DNA of 20,000 nt from Dehalococcoidia bacterium (GCA_041494685.1 JBGQBE010000010.1:57701-77700), one strand, 5' to 3'; counted from the stretch's first letter, positions 8,174-17,868 are shown. A program made the numbers and translations. Notes: generated by a model not told the origin, from the letters alone.

Positions 8174-10027
8174 TCAGCCGCAGCCAGCGAACGGCTCCGA
8201 GGCCGAGTCCGACGCGTCGCTGATCCGGTAGATCGTGGCTTCACCCCTGTGGAAGACAACACGCACGCGGGTGCCCGGGGCGGCGTGCGATCCGGGCCAG
8301 AACCGTTCCCGGTGCCCGCAGTAGATGTAGTCGGCCGGATAGGCGGCGAGTGGCGACGATGACAGCTTGAGCGCGCGGAACCGTTCTCGCAACGCGGGCA
8401 TCCGTGCGGCGATGCGCTGGGGGTCGATGACGACCTCCCAGTTAGTCAGGTAGTACGCCATGAACGACTCGTAGCGCAGCTCGTACGGCGGCAGATGGTC
8501 GGCGCCGCCAAGGGCAGGGTCGATGCGGCTGAACGTGATTTGCTCGTCGTAGCCGAAGGCCGCCGACGCGCGGAGGTACCGGTCGAACAGCTCCTGGTCA
8601 TCGACGCGCGACAGGAACCCGTCCGGAACGTAGAGCGAAGCGGGCGTCAGCGGCGCGAGCAGTTGATTGGTGGTGACGCTCGTGCTGACGACGGTCTCGC
8701 CGCTCCGCACGTGCTCGGCCATCCAGGAGAACGCGGCGTGTTCGTCCTCACTGAGCGCGAACGCAGCGTTGACATCCCGTGTCGCCCGCACCTGGAGCAC
8801 CGCGAGGTGCAGCACGCCCACCAGGGCGGCGGCGGCGACGAGCGGCATGCCAAAGCGCGCGATCGCTCGCGGTGTGCGCGGCCACAGGCGCCCGGCAATG
8901 CCAGCCGCACCCGTCACGGCTGCCGGCACCGCGAACACGCTCCAAACGACCGTCAGGTCATGCCACGGCTGCGGGAACACTCCCTCCACGCACACGATCA
9001 TCAGCGGCGAGGCGAACAGCGCCGCATAGAAGGCGTCACGGCGCCGGCCGCTTCGCAGGCCCCAGACCAGCGGGACGCCGAGAACGAGCCGCTCAATGAC
9101 ACGGATCAGCGCGGAGAAGTCGATCCCGACGCTCGGGTCGACGCCGAGGCGGATTCTGGGGTCCGCGTTCATCGTGAGGCTTTGCCGCACCAGTGAGACC
9201 AGTTCGGGCGACGCGAGGAGAGCCGCGACGACACCCACAGCCGCGAGGCGGCGGGCGGCCGCAAGATCTCGACGGAGGACGAGGTACGCGAGCCAGCCCG
9301 CCAGTGCAAGCGCGAACGCCGTCCAGTAGAAGAAGTACGAGTACACCAGTATGGCCAGGGATAGCGCGGCGGCCGCGATCCAGCCCCTCTTGCCGGTGTC
9401 GACGGCCCTCGGGATCGTGATCACGGCACCGAAGAACGGCAGGAGCAGCATCACCGGTGCGGCGAAACGGCCCCAGACATGGAACTGGCGCGGCGGGTCG
9501 AGCAGCATCACCGCGCGCAAGACCGCGACGTGGCGCAGCGCGACGAAGCCGTCAGCTTGCGTGTACACCTGCGCGATCAGCGCGACGATCGGCAACGAGG
9601 CGGCGGCAAGCAGCGGCGGAGCCACATCGACGGCGAGGACGTAGAGCAGCAGAAATCCCATGAACGCGGCGAGCGTGACAGCGATCGCGATACCGGGGAA
9701 GATATCCCTAAACGGGCGCGAAAGCGTGCCGATCACTTCTTGCGGCAGCGCGTCGCCCTGCGGTGGCTGGACGTGATCGCTGAGGACGGGGTCGCGGACC
9801 GGCAGGTCGCCGTCGTAGGCGCGTCGGGTGACGATGTAGTATTGGGCTTCATCCGCACCTTGATGGTCGGCGCCCCAGGGGCTGGTCGCGACGCGGATCC
9901 CCGCGGGCGGGTCTGTCGCAAGCAGCCACCAGCGTGGCGCGACGAGCAGCGCCGCCAGCAGCGCCGCCATGGCAATGCCGGGTCCGTGCCGCCGGACGAC
10001 ATCAGCGCCTAGGCCGATTCCTCTCAT
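8174..10027 (-). CDS. Polytopic membrane protein, probable GT-C-fold (lipid-linked sugar) glycosyltransferase
   Basis: First TM followed by a loop containing DE (GADEAQYY), about 10 further hydrophobic segments, and a soluble C-terminal domain ending VFHRGEATIYRI. The start is uncertain (10027 or 10111). Confidence 0.6.
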   Translation of the reverse strand: MRGIGLGADVVRRHGPGIAMAALLAALLVAPRWWLLATDPPAGIRVATSPWGADHQGADEAQYYIVTRRAYDGDLPVRDPVLSDHVQPPQGDALPQEVIGTLSRPFRDIFPGIAIAVTLAAFMGFLLLYVLAVDVAPPLLAAASLPIVALIAQVYTQADGFVALRHVAVLRAVMLLDPPRQFHVWGRFAAPVMLLLPFFGAVITIPRAVDTGKRGWIAAAALSLAILVYSYFFYWTAFALALAGWLAYLVLRRDLAAARRLAAVGVVAALLASPELVSLVRQSLTMNADPRIRLGVDPSVGIDFSALIRVIERLVLGVPLVWGLRSGRRRDAFYAALFASPLMIVCVEGVFPQPWHDLTVVWSVFAVPAAVTGAAGIAGRLWPRTPRAIARFGMPLVAAAALVGVLHLAVLQVRATRDVNAAFALSEDEHAAFSWMAEHVRSGETVVSTSVTTNQLLAPLTPASLYVPDGFLSRVDDQELFDRYLRASAAFGYDEQITFSRIDPALGGADHLPPYELRYESFMAYYLTNWEVVIDPQRIAARMPALRERFRALKLSSSPLAAYPADYIYCGHRERFWPGSHAAPGTRVRVVFHRGEATIYRISDASDSASEPFAGCG

Positions 10028-10230
10028 CCGGCGGCAATCCGAGCACCGGATGCGGCGGGTCTCACCGGGATCATGCTCCTCCTCGACCTGCACGCGAACT
10101 GGCGGCGCCACGGCCCTGGGTCACCCACCAAGGATGGAGCCTAGCACGCGATTCATGCTGAGTGCGCGAATTGCGCTCGATCGGCGCGATGTCCTGGCAC
10201 TGAACCTGCGCTCCAGGCGGAGATGCCGCG

Positions 10231-11394
10231 TCAGCCGAGTTCTTGCCGGCCGGCGGGGTTGAGCACGAGGAGGAACAGGGCCGCCAACGCGGCTGTTGAC
10301 GCGCCGAACGCGAACGTCGCCGGTGCGCCGAAGAGATCCCAAAGGGCGCCGCCAATGACGCTCGACAGCAAGAGCATGATTCCAGTAGCGGCGTTGTAGA
10401 GGCCCAGCGCTGAGCCGCGCCGCTCCGAGGGCACCAGGTCCGCCACATACGCCTTGCCGACACCCTCGGTGAACGCGATGTAGGCGCCGTACACCACGAA
10501 CAGCGGCCAGATCATCCAGGCGTCGGATGCGAGGGTGAAGCCGGCGTACACGAGCGCGAAGATCGCGAACCCGGCGATGAGCACGGGCCGCCGTCCGATG
10601 CGATCGGAGCGGATGCCCGCGGGCAGCGCGAGCGCCGCGTAGGCGACGTTGTAGAGCACGTAGGCCAGGACCACCGCGGTAGCGCCGAGGCCGATGTCCT
10701 TCGACCGCAGCAAGAGGAACGCGTCGCTGGAGTTGCCGACCGCGAAGACCAGCGTGACCGCGATGAATTGCAGGAAACGGCGATCGTAGCCGCGCAGTGA
10801 GAGCAGCGGCGGCAGCGGGCCGGTGCGCGTCGCGTGGCGCACTTCGCGGACGGCGAGCACCAGCAGCACCGAGATGGCGCCAGGAATGCCGGCGATCAGA
10901 AACACGAGGCGGTAGTTGTGATGCCCGAACCACGCAAGCAGCCCGAGCGCGATGAGCGGACCCGCGATCGCGCCGGAGGTGTCCATCGCGCGATGAAGGC
11001 CGAACGAGCGGCCGCGTTGCGCCTCGTCGGTCGAGTCGGCGATCAGGGCGTCACGCGGAGCCGTGCGGACACCCTTCCCGGTGCGGTCGAGGAAGCGCAC
11101 AAAGAGCGCGGCAGGCCAGACGAACGCCGCGGCGAGCGCGGGTTTCGAAACGGCCGCGAGAGCGTAGCCGGCGAACGTGAAGGGAACGCGGCGGCTGATG
11201 CGGTCAGAGAACCAGCCGAAGACCCACTTGAGGAGGCTGGCTGTGCTCTCGGCGACACCCTCGATTAACCCCACGGCGACGACCGGCGCGCCAAGGGTTG
11301 TCGTGAGGAAGAGCGGGATGAGCGGGTAGACCATCTCGCTGCTGATGTCTGCGAAGAGGCTGACGACGCCGAGCAGCACGACGTTGCGCGGCAC
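10231..11394 (-). CDS. MFS transporter
   Basis: 12-TM pattern, motif A copies GWFSDRISRR and GIRSDRIGRR, plus SLFADISSEMVYP, RFLDRTGKGVRTAPRDALIAD and FGLHRAMDTSGA. Confidence 0.92.
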   Translation of the reverse strand: MPRNVVLLGVVSLFADISSEMVYPLIPLFLTTTLGAPVVAVGLIEGVAESTASLLKWVFGWFSDRISRRVPFTFAGYALAAVSKPALAAAFVWPAALFVRFLDRTGKGVRTAPRDALIADSTDEAQRGRSFGLHRAMDTSGAIAGPLIALGLLAWFGHHNYRLVFLIAGIPGAISVLLVLAVREVRHATRTGPLPPLLSLRGYDRRFLQFIAVTLVFAVGNSSDAFLLLRSKDIGLGATAVVLAYVLYNVAYAALALPAGIRSDRIGRRPVLIAGFAIFALVYAGFTLASDAWMIWPLFVVYGAYIAFTEGVGKAYVADLVPSERRGSALGLYNAATGIMLLLSSVIGGALWDLFGAPATFAFGASTAALAALFLLVLNPAGRQELG

Positions 11395-11707
11395 GCGTCG
11401 TGCTGGTGGCGCCTCGTCTGGCGCTCGTGCAGCTGGTCGCGTCGGGGCCAGAGTGTCACCGCCGGATGAACGCTGGATTGTGCCGTCGAGAGAAGCTTAC
11501 GTGATCTCGAGCGACGTGAGCCGTTTGGAGATCCATCCCCGCCGCGCTACGCCGGCGACGCCCCGACAAGATTAGACAGGAGAACGTCCACGCACATCGC
11601 ATCTATCCATGCGGGTTTCCGTCAGGGTTGCCGCCAGCGACGTGCAGAGAGCGAGTGCGCGGAGACAGGCGAGCCGGGCGCCGACGCTGGCGAAGAAGGG
11701 CTGCAGC

Positions 11708-11944
11708 ATGCGGCTGCGGCCCTCGACGGTGCGACGGCTACCCGAGCGTCGTTCCTGCTGGTGGGTGCTCCGGCTGCCGCTGGCGTTTGGCATCTTCGTC
11801 GTGGTCGTGGGCGGCGACAAGCAATACGGCGTCGTTGGCACTGCCCGCCGCATCGGCATGTGGATGCTAATCCTGAGCATTGCAGCCGCCGGCGTCATCA
11901 CGCTCCGCCGCGGGCTTCCCGCGATCATTCGCTCGCGCGCTTGA
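11708..11944 (+). CDS. Possible small two-TM membrane protein
   Basis: Purine-rich GAAGAAGGG upstream of ATG 11708 and two hydrophobic stretches (WWVLRLPLAFGIFVVVVGG; IGMWMLILSIAAAGVITL). No recognised family. Confidence 0.4.
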   Translation: MRLRPSTVRRLPERRSCWWVLRLPLAFGIFVVVVGGDKQYGVVGTARRIGMWMLILSIAAAGVITLRRGLPAIIRSRA

Positions 11945-12238
11945 GCACGGCTGCGATGGTGACATCAGCTTCATGGCTCCGCGCGTGTGCCGCACACGAT
12001 ATTCGCGTAGTGCCGATCGCGAGCCCCGGCTGCGGGCGCAGGCATGAAATGCAGCCCATCTCCGCGGACCGCACTGCTCCCAGGTCTCGACTGACGTGCC
12101 CTTCCCGCTATGGGAGAGCCATTTGGCTGGCCAGACAGAGGCGCAATGCACCTGAATCCCGGCCTCGCTCCTGCGTATCGTAAGACGGAGGGGAGCCCGG
12201 CTCCATACTAGATCCCTGGCGAGCAGGAGCGCAGCCCG

Positions 12239-12976
12239 ATGTCAGATGACACGATCATCCAAGCCCGTGGCGTCTGCAAAACCTACGATACCGGCAAGGT
12301 GCAGGTACCCGTTCTGCGAGGTATCGATCTGACCGTCGGGCGCGGCGAGATGGTCGCTGTAATGGGGCCGAGCGGCTGTGGCAAGACCACGCTCCTCAAC
12401 TGCCTCTCCGGGCTCGACGAGATCGACTCGGGTGATGTGATCATCGACGGCGTCTCGCTCGCGTCAATGTCGGACCATGATCGAACGGCCTATCGTGGGC
12501 GACGCATGGGATTTGTGTTCCAGTTCTACAACCTGCTACCCGTCCTCAACGCGGTGGAGAACGTGGAAATGCCGCTGCTGGTGTCGCGCGTACCCGGCAA
12601 GCAGGCCCGCGCGAAGGCGATGGCGGCGCTAGCGACGGTCGGACTGGCGGATCGAGCAGCCCACGTGCCGGCTGAACTGTCAGGCGGCGAACGTCAGCGC
12701 GTGACGATCGCGCGATCGCTCGTGAACGATCCGGCGATCGTCTGGGCAGACGAACCGACCGGCGACCTGGACAGCGACAACGCGCAGCAGATTACGGAGT
12801 TGATGCGGCGGCTGAACCGCGAGCAAGGCTACACGTTCGTGATCGTCACGCATGACATCGCGGTGGGGCGGCAGACGGATCGCATCATCCGCATGATGGA
12901 CGGGCAGATCGTCGAGGAACTTCGGCTCGCGTCGCCCGCAGCATCCGCCCCGCCAGCAGCGGTTGGCGTCGCCTAG
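12239..12976 (+). CDS. ABC transporter ATP-binding protein, LolD/MacB/FtsE type
   Basis: Walker [10 protein letters not shown]-loop FVFQFYNL, signature LSGGERQR, Walker [10 protein letters not shown] and H-loop VTHD. AGGAG upstream. Confidence 0.95.
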   Translation: MSDDTIIQARGVCKTYDTGKVQVPVLRGIDLTVGRGEMVAVMGPSGCGKTTLLNCLSGLDEIDSGDVIIDGVSLASMSDHDRTAYRGRRMGFVFQFYNLLPVLNAVENVEMPLLVSRVPGKQARAKAMAALATVGLADRAAHVPAELSGGERQRVTIARSLVNDPAIVWADEPTGDLDSDNAQQITELMRRLNREQGYTFVIVTHDIAVGRQTDRIIRMMDGQIVEELRLASPAASAPPAAVGVA

Positions 12977-12986
12977 GAGGCACACG

Positions 12987-13304
12987 ATGTTCGCGCGCGT
13001 GACGATCGTCGAGGTCGACCCGGTGAGGATGAGTCCGGCTGCAGCCGTGGCGCGGTTCAAGGAACTGGTGCTGCCGGAGCTCCGCAGGCAGCAGGGGTAC
13101 GAAGGTGTGTACGTGTTGGACACGCCGGAGGGCAAAGGGCTGTTGATCAGCCTGTGGGCCACACAGGAGGCGGCGCAGTCGAATATTGCGAGCGGCTACT
13201 ACGAGGCGCAACTCGCGAAATTCGTCACAGTGTTCCGCTCTCCGCCCGGTCGCGAGCAATACGAGGTCGCACTCGCCGAATCACCGTCAGTGGCCAACTC
13301 TTAA
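12987..13304 (+). CDS. ABM-like (dimeric alpha+beta barrel) small protein
   Basis: AGGAGG 6 nt before ATG 12987. The 105-aa sequence MFARVT...VLPELRRQQGYEGVYVL....GKGLLISLWATQEAA...YEV fits the antibiotic-biosynthesis-monooxygenase-like pattern. Confidence 0.8.
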   Translation: MFARVTIVEVDPVRMSPAAAVARFKELVLPELRRQQGYEGVYVLDTPEGKGLLISLWATQEAAQSNIASGYYEAQLAKFVTVFRSPPGREQYEVALAESPSVANS

Positions 13305-13338
13305 GCTTCGATGTCGAAGTGGCACACCGGAGGCCGCG

Positions 13339-16323
13339 ATGCAGACGCTGTTCGGCATCCCCGCCAACACACTGGCAGCGGTGATGCTCGCCGCCTTCGC
13401 CGTTGCAGGCAGCATCGTGGCGATCGCCGCCGTCCGCAACCGCGTATTCCTCAGGCTCGGCGTCCGCAACGTTGGGCGCCGCCGCTCGAGAACGGTGCTG
13501 ATCCTCCTCGGCCTGATGCTCGGCACGGCGCTGATCTCTGCGGCTCTGAACACGGGCGACACGCTTGCCCATAGCGTCCGCACCGCCGCCATCCGATCGC
13601 TGGGCGATACCGATGAGTTGGTCGGCCTCAAGGGCGTCTCTGCCGGCCAGTTTGGGGTCTACGCGGTCGTCGACTACTTCGACCAGGGCACGCTGCCCGA
13701 CGTCAAGGCCGCTGCCGACGCCTCGGGCCGCGTCGATGGCGTCGCGCCCGCGGTCATCGAGACCATCGCGGTACAGGACGTCACCACCCGGCAGACCGAG
13801 TCACAGATCGGATTGTTCGCCACCGACCCCGCGCAGATGAGGGGGTTCGGCGCGATCTCGAAATCGGGTGGCGGCGACATCTCGCTCGCCGATCTTGGAG
13901 ACGGCGAGCTCTACCTCAACGCAACGGGCGCGGAGAAGCTCGATGCCCGTGCCGGCAACGAGATGACGGTCTTTGCTGGCGGCGCGCTCCAGACCATGCG
14001 CGTCAAGGACATCGTCAACTACGACGGCACCGGTACCGATGGCGCCGCCATTCTCATCCCGCTTGCCGCTGCCCAGAAGCTCGTCCACAAGGAAGGCCGG
14101 ATCAACTACGTCCTCATCTCCAACACCGGCGGAGTCGGCGACACCGACCGCGTCGTCAAGGCCATGGAGCCCGGTCTCACGGCCGCCGGCCTCGAGATCA
14201 AGCCCACCAAGCAGGACGCGCTCAACATCGCCGACCAGATCGGCAACAGCATGATGATCACCTTCACCACGTTCGGCACCTTCTCGGTCGTCGCCGGCGT
14301 CCTGCTGATCTTCCTCATTTTCGTCATGCTCGCCGCCGAGCGGAAGGCGGAGATGGGCGTCTCCCGCGCCGTCGGCACACAGCGCACCAACCTCGTCCAG
14401 ATGTTCCTCTTCGAGGGCGTCGCCTACGATCTTGCGGCCGCGACCATCGGTGCGCTGCTCGGCGTCGCCGTCGCCTACGTCATGGTGCTCGTCATGGCGG
14501 CTGCGCTCGCGAGCTTCGGCTTCCACCTCGAGCACGACCTGCGCGCCTCCAGCATGATCATCGCGTACACGCTCGGCGTGCTGATCACGCTCATCGTTGT
14601 CACGGTGTCCGCCTGGCAGGTCAGCGTTCTGAACATCGTCCGCGCCATCCGCAACCTGCCGGACCCCGCGCTGCGCGGCAGTGGTCGTGGCAGCCTGCTC
14701 ATCGGCGCCATCGCCTCGATCTTCGGCGCGCTCCTGATCTACTTGGGCATTGCGGCAACCCAGGCCGCCAGCTTCCACCTCGGCGTGTCGCTGATCATCA
14801 TCGGCGCCATCCCGGTGCTGCGCGCTCTCCGCGTGAACGAGCGTCTCGCCTGGTCCACGCCCGCCGCCGCGCTCACCGTGTGGTGGCTCATGCCCTTCTT
14901 CGTCACTGAATCCTTCCTCCCCGCGCTCTCGAAGGACTTCACGATCTTCGTTCTCAGCGGCCTCATGGTTGTCACGGGCGCCATCTGGGTGATCATGTAC
15001 AACTCCGACCTTATTCTCCACGGTGCCATGACCATCTTCGGTCGCATCAAGTGGCTCGCGCCGATGCTCAAGGCCGCCGTCGCCTATCCGCTCAGCAGCC
15101 GCTTCCGCACCGGCGCCGCACTCGCCATGTTCACGCTCGTTGTCTTCACCCTCGTCGTGATGGCCACGGTGATCACGTCCGTCAACGGCGTGCTCGATGA
15201 CAAGCAAACTTTCGGCGGCGGCTACGACATTCGCGCCACGACCGCTCCCATCAGCCCGATCACGAATCTCGAAGCCATGATCAGGCAGCAGCCCGATCTC
15301 AACGCAGCCGACTTCCAGAACACGGCCGCCGGCTCGACGCTCGCCCTCAAGGTCCGCCAGGTCGGCGTCAGCGATACCAAGTACCACGACTACCTCGCCC
15401 GCGGCTTCGACGACGCCTTCATGGCCAACAACCAGTTCGGCTTCTCGCTCATGGCCTCGGGCTACGACTCCCCCCGCCAGATCTGGCAGGCGCTCGCCGG
15501 CCACCCCGACCTTGCGGTCATCGACGCATACGCCGTCCCGCGACGCACCAATTACAGCGGCGGTCCTACCACCATCGAGTTCCACCTCAGCGGCTTCTAC
15601 CTTGAAGACAAGAAGCTCCCGCCGCTCCAGATCGAAGTCAACGACCCGCAGACCGGCGCCACGCGCACCCTCACCGTCATCGGCGTCCTCCGCGACACCG
15701 TGTCACAAGAGGCCATGCTGGGCGTCTCGACGTCCGAACGTTCAGTCCTCTCCGCCTACGGCGTCCGCGCCCAGCCGACGACGCATTTCGTGAAGCTCGC
15801 GCCCGGCGTCGACGCGAAGGGCGCCGCGAAGTCGCTTGAGTCCGCGTTCCTCGCAAACGGCATGCAGGCCACCCCGATCCAGTCCGAGCTCAACGACTTG
15901 ATGGCCACACAGCACGCATTCACCTACATCCTCGAAGGTTTCATGGGCCTCGGCCTCATCGTCGGCGTCTGCGCGCTCGGCGTCATCAGCGCCCGTTCAG
16001 TCGTCGAGCGCCGGCAGGAGATCGGCGTCCTTCGATCTCTGGGCTTCCAACAGGGCATGGTGCAGATCGCTTTCCTGCTTGAGTCCTCGTTTATCTCGCT
16101 GCTGGGCATCTTCCTCGGGATTGCCCTCGGGCTTGTCGTCTCCTTCAACGTCGTCCTCGACTATCGCAACACCCCTGGCTGGGAGACGATGACGTTCACA
16201 GTCCCCTGGCTCACGCTCGGCATCGTCTTCGCCGTGGTGTACGCGGGGTCCTTGCTGGCGACTCTCCTGCCGGCGCGGCAAGCGTCGCGCGTGTACCCCG
16301 CTCAGGCACTTCGCTACGAGTAG
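13339..16323 (+). CDS. FtsX/MacB-type (type VII) ABC permease with duplicated extracellular and FtsX domains
   Basis: GGAGG before ATG 13339. Two repeats, each with an FtsX motif (AAERKAEMGVSRAVG; VVERRQEIGVLRSLG), two large extracytoplasmic domains, and the terminal LPARQASRVYPAQALRYE. Confidence 0.93.
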   Translation: MQTLFGIPANTLAAVMLAAFAVAGSIVAIAAVRNRVFLRLGVRNVGRRRSRTVLILLGLMLGTALISAALNTGDTLAHSVRTAAIRSLGDTDELVGLKGVSAGQFGVYAVVDYFDQGTLPDVKAAADASGRVDGVAPAVIETIAVQDVTTRQTESQIGLFATDPAQMRGFGAISKSGGGDISLADLGDGELYLNATGAEKLDARAGNEMTVFAGGALQTMRVKDIVNYDGTGTDGAAILIPLAAAQKLVHKEGRINYVLISNTGGVGDTDRVVKAMEPGLTAAGLEIKPTKQDALNIADQIGNSMMITFTTFGTFSVVAGVLLIFLIFVMLAAERKAEMGVSRAVGTQRTNLVQMFLFEGVAYDLAAATIGALLGVAVAYVMVLVMAAALASFGFHLEHDLRASSMIIAYTLGVLITLIVVTVSAWQVSVLNIVRAIRNLPDPALRGSGRGSLLIGAIASIFGALLIYLGIAATQAASFHLGVSLIIIGAIPVLRALRVNERLAWSTPAAALTVWWLMPFFVTESFLPALSKDFTIFVLSGLMVVTGAIWVIMYNSDLILHGAMTIFGRIKWLAPMLKAAVAYPLSSRFRTGAALAMFTLVVFTLVVMATVITSVNGVLDDKQTFGGGYDIRATTAPISPITNLEAMIRQQPDLNAADFQNTAAGSTLALKVRQVGVSDTKYHDYLARGFDDAFMANNQFGFSLMASGYDSPRQIWQALAGHPDLAVIDAYAVPRRTNYSGGPTTIEFHLSGFYLEDKKLPPLQIEVNDPQTGATRTLTVIGVLRDTVSQEAMLGVSTSERSVLSAYGVRAQPTTHFVKLAPGVDAKGAAKSLESAFLANGMQATPIQSELNDLMATQHAFTYILEGFMGLGLIVGVCALGVISARSVVERRQEIGVLRSLGFQQGMVQIAFLLESSFISLLGIFLGIALGLVVSFNVVLDYRNTPGWETMTFTVPWLTLGIVFAVVYAGSLLATLLPARQASRVYPAQALRYE

Positions 16324-16408
16324 CGATTGAGGTTCCCACACGATCGGTTCATCGTGTCCCGTCACCACGACTGGCCCAAGCTGGCTTGGACAGACGCAGT
16401 CCGGGCGG

Positions 16409-16414
16409 TACGAT
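16409..16414 (+). promoter_or_regulatory. -10 element (TACGAT) of a probably leaderless transcript
   Basis: TACGAT lies 6 nt before ATG 16421, with no SD sequence. Confidence 0.6.
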
Positions 16415-16420
16415 CGCGGC

Positions 16421-16867
16421 ATGTCGATCGAAGGAGACTACGAACCGAGCCCGTGGAAGTTCGCTGCCGATCAAGTTGCGCTGTACGAGGCCACAGGCGG
16501 CGCTGAGGGCGCGACGCTCCAGGACAAGCCTGTCATCATCTTGACGACGCGCGGCCGCCGCAGCGGCAAGGTCCGAAAGACACCGCTGATGCGTGTCGAG
16601 CACGATGGTACCTATGCCGTCGTAGCGTCGATGGGTGGCGCGCCGAAGCACCCGGTCTGGTACTTGAACCTCACCGCCTGGCCGTCCGTCACCCTGCAGG
16701 ACGGACCGAAGGTCTATGAGATGCGTGCTCGCGAAGTACATGGAGACGAGAAAGGGCGCTGGTGGGCGCGCGCGGTCACGGCTTGGCCACCCTATGCGGA
16801 GTACCAGACCAAGACCGATCGGCAAATCCCCGTCGTGGTGCTCGAGCTCGCCGATCGCCCATCGTAG
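16421..16867 (+). CDS. Deazaflavin (F420H2)-dependent oxidoreductase, Ddn / FDOR-A family
   Basis: [34 protein letters not shown] and [17 protein letters not shown] are hallmark Ddn-family motifs. Confidence 0.93.
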   Translation: MSIEGDYEPSPWKFAADQVALYEATGGAEGATLQDKPVIILTTRGRRSGKVRKTPLMRVEHDGTYAVVASMGGAPKHPVWYLNLTAWPSVTLQDGPKVYEMRAREVHGDEKGRWWARAVTAWPPYAEYQTKTDRQIPVVVLELADRPS

Positions 16868-16905
16868 CGCCCTTAGCGAACGACCGAGCACTGTCAGCGC
16901 GGCGC

Positions 16906-17502
16906 CTGGCCTTTCATGCGTGGGCGGTCGTGAAGGGTGTCGACCCCTCTTCGTGAAGCGGAGATGGCAGCCGCTGTGCTGAACGCCGGCGCGCGCAGCC
17001 TGACGCTGGACCTTGAAAGCGACGACGGCTTCTGGGTGGGGAGCGGCGATGACGCCCTTCGTCTCGGCGAGAGACTGCGGCAGCGGAGCGAGTCCGCTCG
17101 GGTCGACGTTGCGATCGACCCCCGCCCGTGGAAGATGCTCGCAGCGCCTCTCGGCGAGTTCGCCACCTTCTGCGATGGCATCCGGCCGCAGCTTTACTGG
17201 GACATCTTCAACACTTCGGAGAACGTGAGTAGATACGCCTGCATGGGCTTTCCGCCGGGCCCGGACGGCATCACTCCGGAGTTCCTGGTCGACACGACGC
17301 AGCAGTTGCTCGCGCCATTCGACCGCTGGGTCGTGCCCATCGCTCAAGGCCGGGAAGTAACGTCGACACGTGGCCAGGCTTCGCGCACGAGTTTTGGAAG
17401 CGCCAGATGCCGGCGATGAACGTCTGGCGCTATGGCACAACCGACCCCGCCATTCTCGACTACTTGGGCGCGAATCCTCCCGACGAAGAGCCCAACGGCT
17501 AA
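16906..17502 (+). pseudogene. 5'-truncated, doubly frameshifted remnant of a probable glycoside-hydrolase-like TIM-barrel protein
   Basis: Three frames join into one plausible protein: LAFHAWAVVKGVDP / LREAEMAAAVLNAGARSLTLDLE...IRPQLYWD...VVPIAQG / GSNVDTWPGFAHEFW...MNVWRYG...PDEEPNG*. Shifts lie near CCCC 16944-16947 and near 17350. No start codon or N-terminal half is seen. The LDLE, PQxYW and VWRY pattern suggests a GH-type barrel (inference). Confidence 0.65.
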
Positions 17503-17678
17503 TCGGGCGTGCGGCCCAGCTTAGAGGAGCCACCGCGTCCAGGCGCGTGATCGTCTGTCATTCTGGCGAATCCGATACCGAACGGGAGCAGACCTGTAGC
17601 AGAGTGCGCTCGCGTTCGGGTCAGCGCCGGGTGGCAGGCTTTGCACAACTGCGAAAGACCAATGTCGCGATCGAGGGG

Positions 17679-17711
17679 GAGGCGAGGCCCCGGGTCTTTG
17701 GGCCTCGCCTC
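17679..17711 (-). terminator. Perfect 12-bp hairpin just downstream of the tRNA 3' end
   Basis: GAGGCGAGGCCC (17679-17690) pairs with GGGCCTCGCCTC (17700-17711) around a 9-nt loop, 8 nt past the CCA. There is no U-tract. Confidence 0.6.
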
Positions 17712-17719
17712 TGCGAGTG

Positions 17720-17768
17720 TGGTCCCAGGGGGTGGATTCGAACCACCGATACACGGTTTTACAGACCG
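17720..17768 (-). tRNA. 3' half of a tRNA-Tyr(GUA) gene (att-site remnant; 5' half absent)
   Basis: Minus strand reads CGGT CTGTAAA ACCGT GTATC GGTGG TTCGAAT CCACC CCCTGGG A CCA: anticodon arm, 5-nt variable loop, perfect T arm, acceptor 3' strand, discriminator and CCA. No D arm or acceptor 5' strand is found upstream. Confidence 0.85.
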
Positions 17769-17868
17769 GACCGTTTCGTACATCGCCGTCCGTAGGCGGT
17801 CGCACACGATCGGAAATCGGAGTGTGTTTTCCGTATCGATGCGAGGTCGTCCGCACTCGTCCGTGCGG

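Noticed and set aside
13801..15585. 594-aa antisense ORF, and similar shadows such as 1100-2026, 2641-3504, 5999-6802, 10121-10933 and 16349-17533
   Set aside because: These are alternative-frame or antisense shadows of well-supported genes, caused by high GC3. They have no motifs and biased composition.
17720..17768. Complete functional tRNA, or a tRNA-Cys/Phe
   Set aside because: The D arm and acceptor 5' strand are missing. The anticodon reads GUA, A73 does not fit Cys (U73), and G72 does not fit typical Phe or Cys. A mutated remnant cannot be fully excluded.
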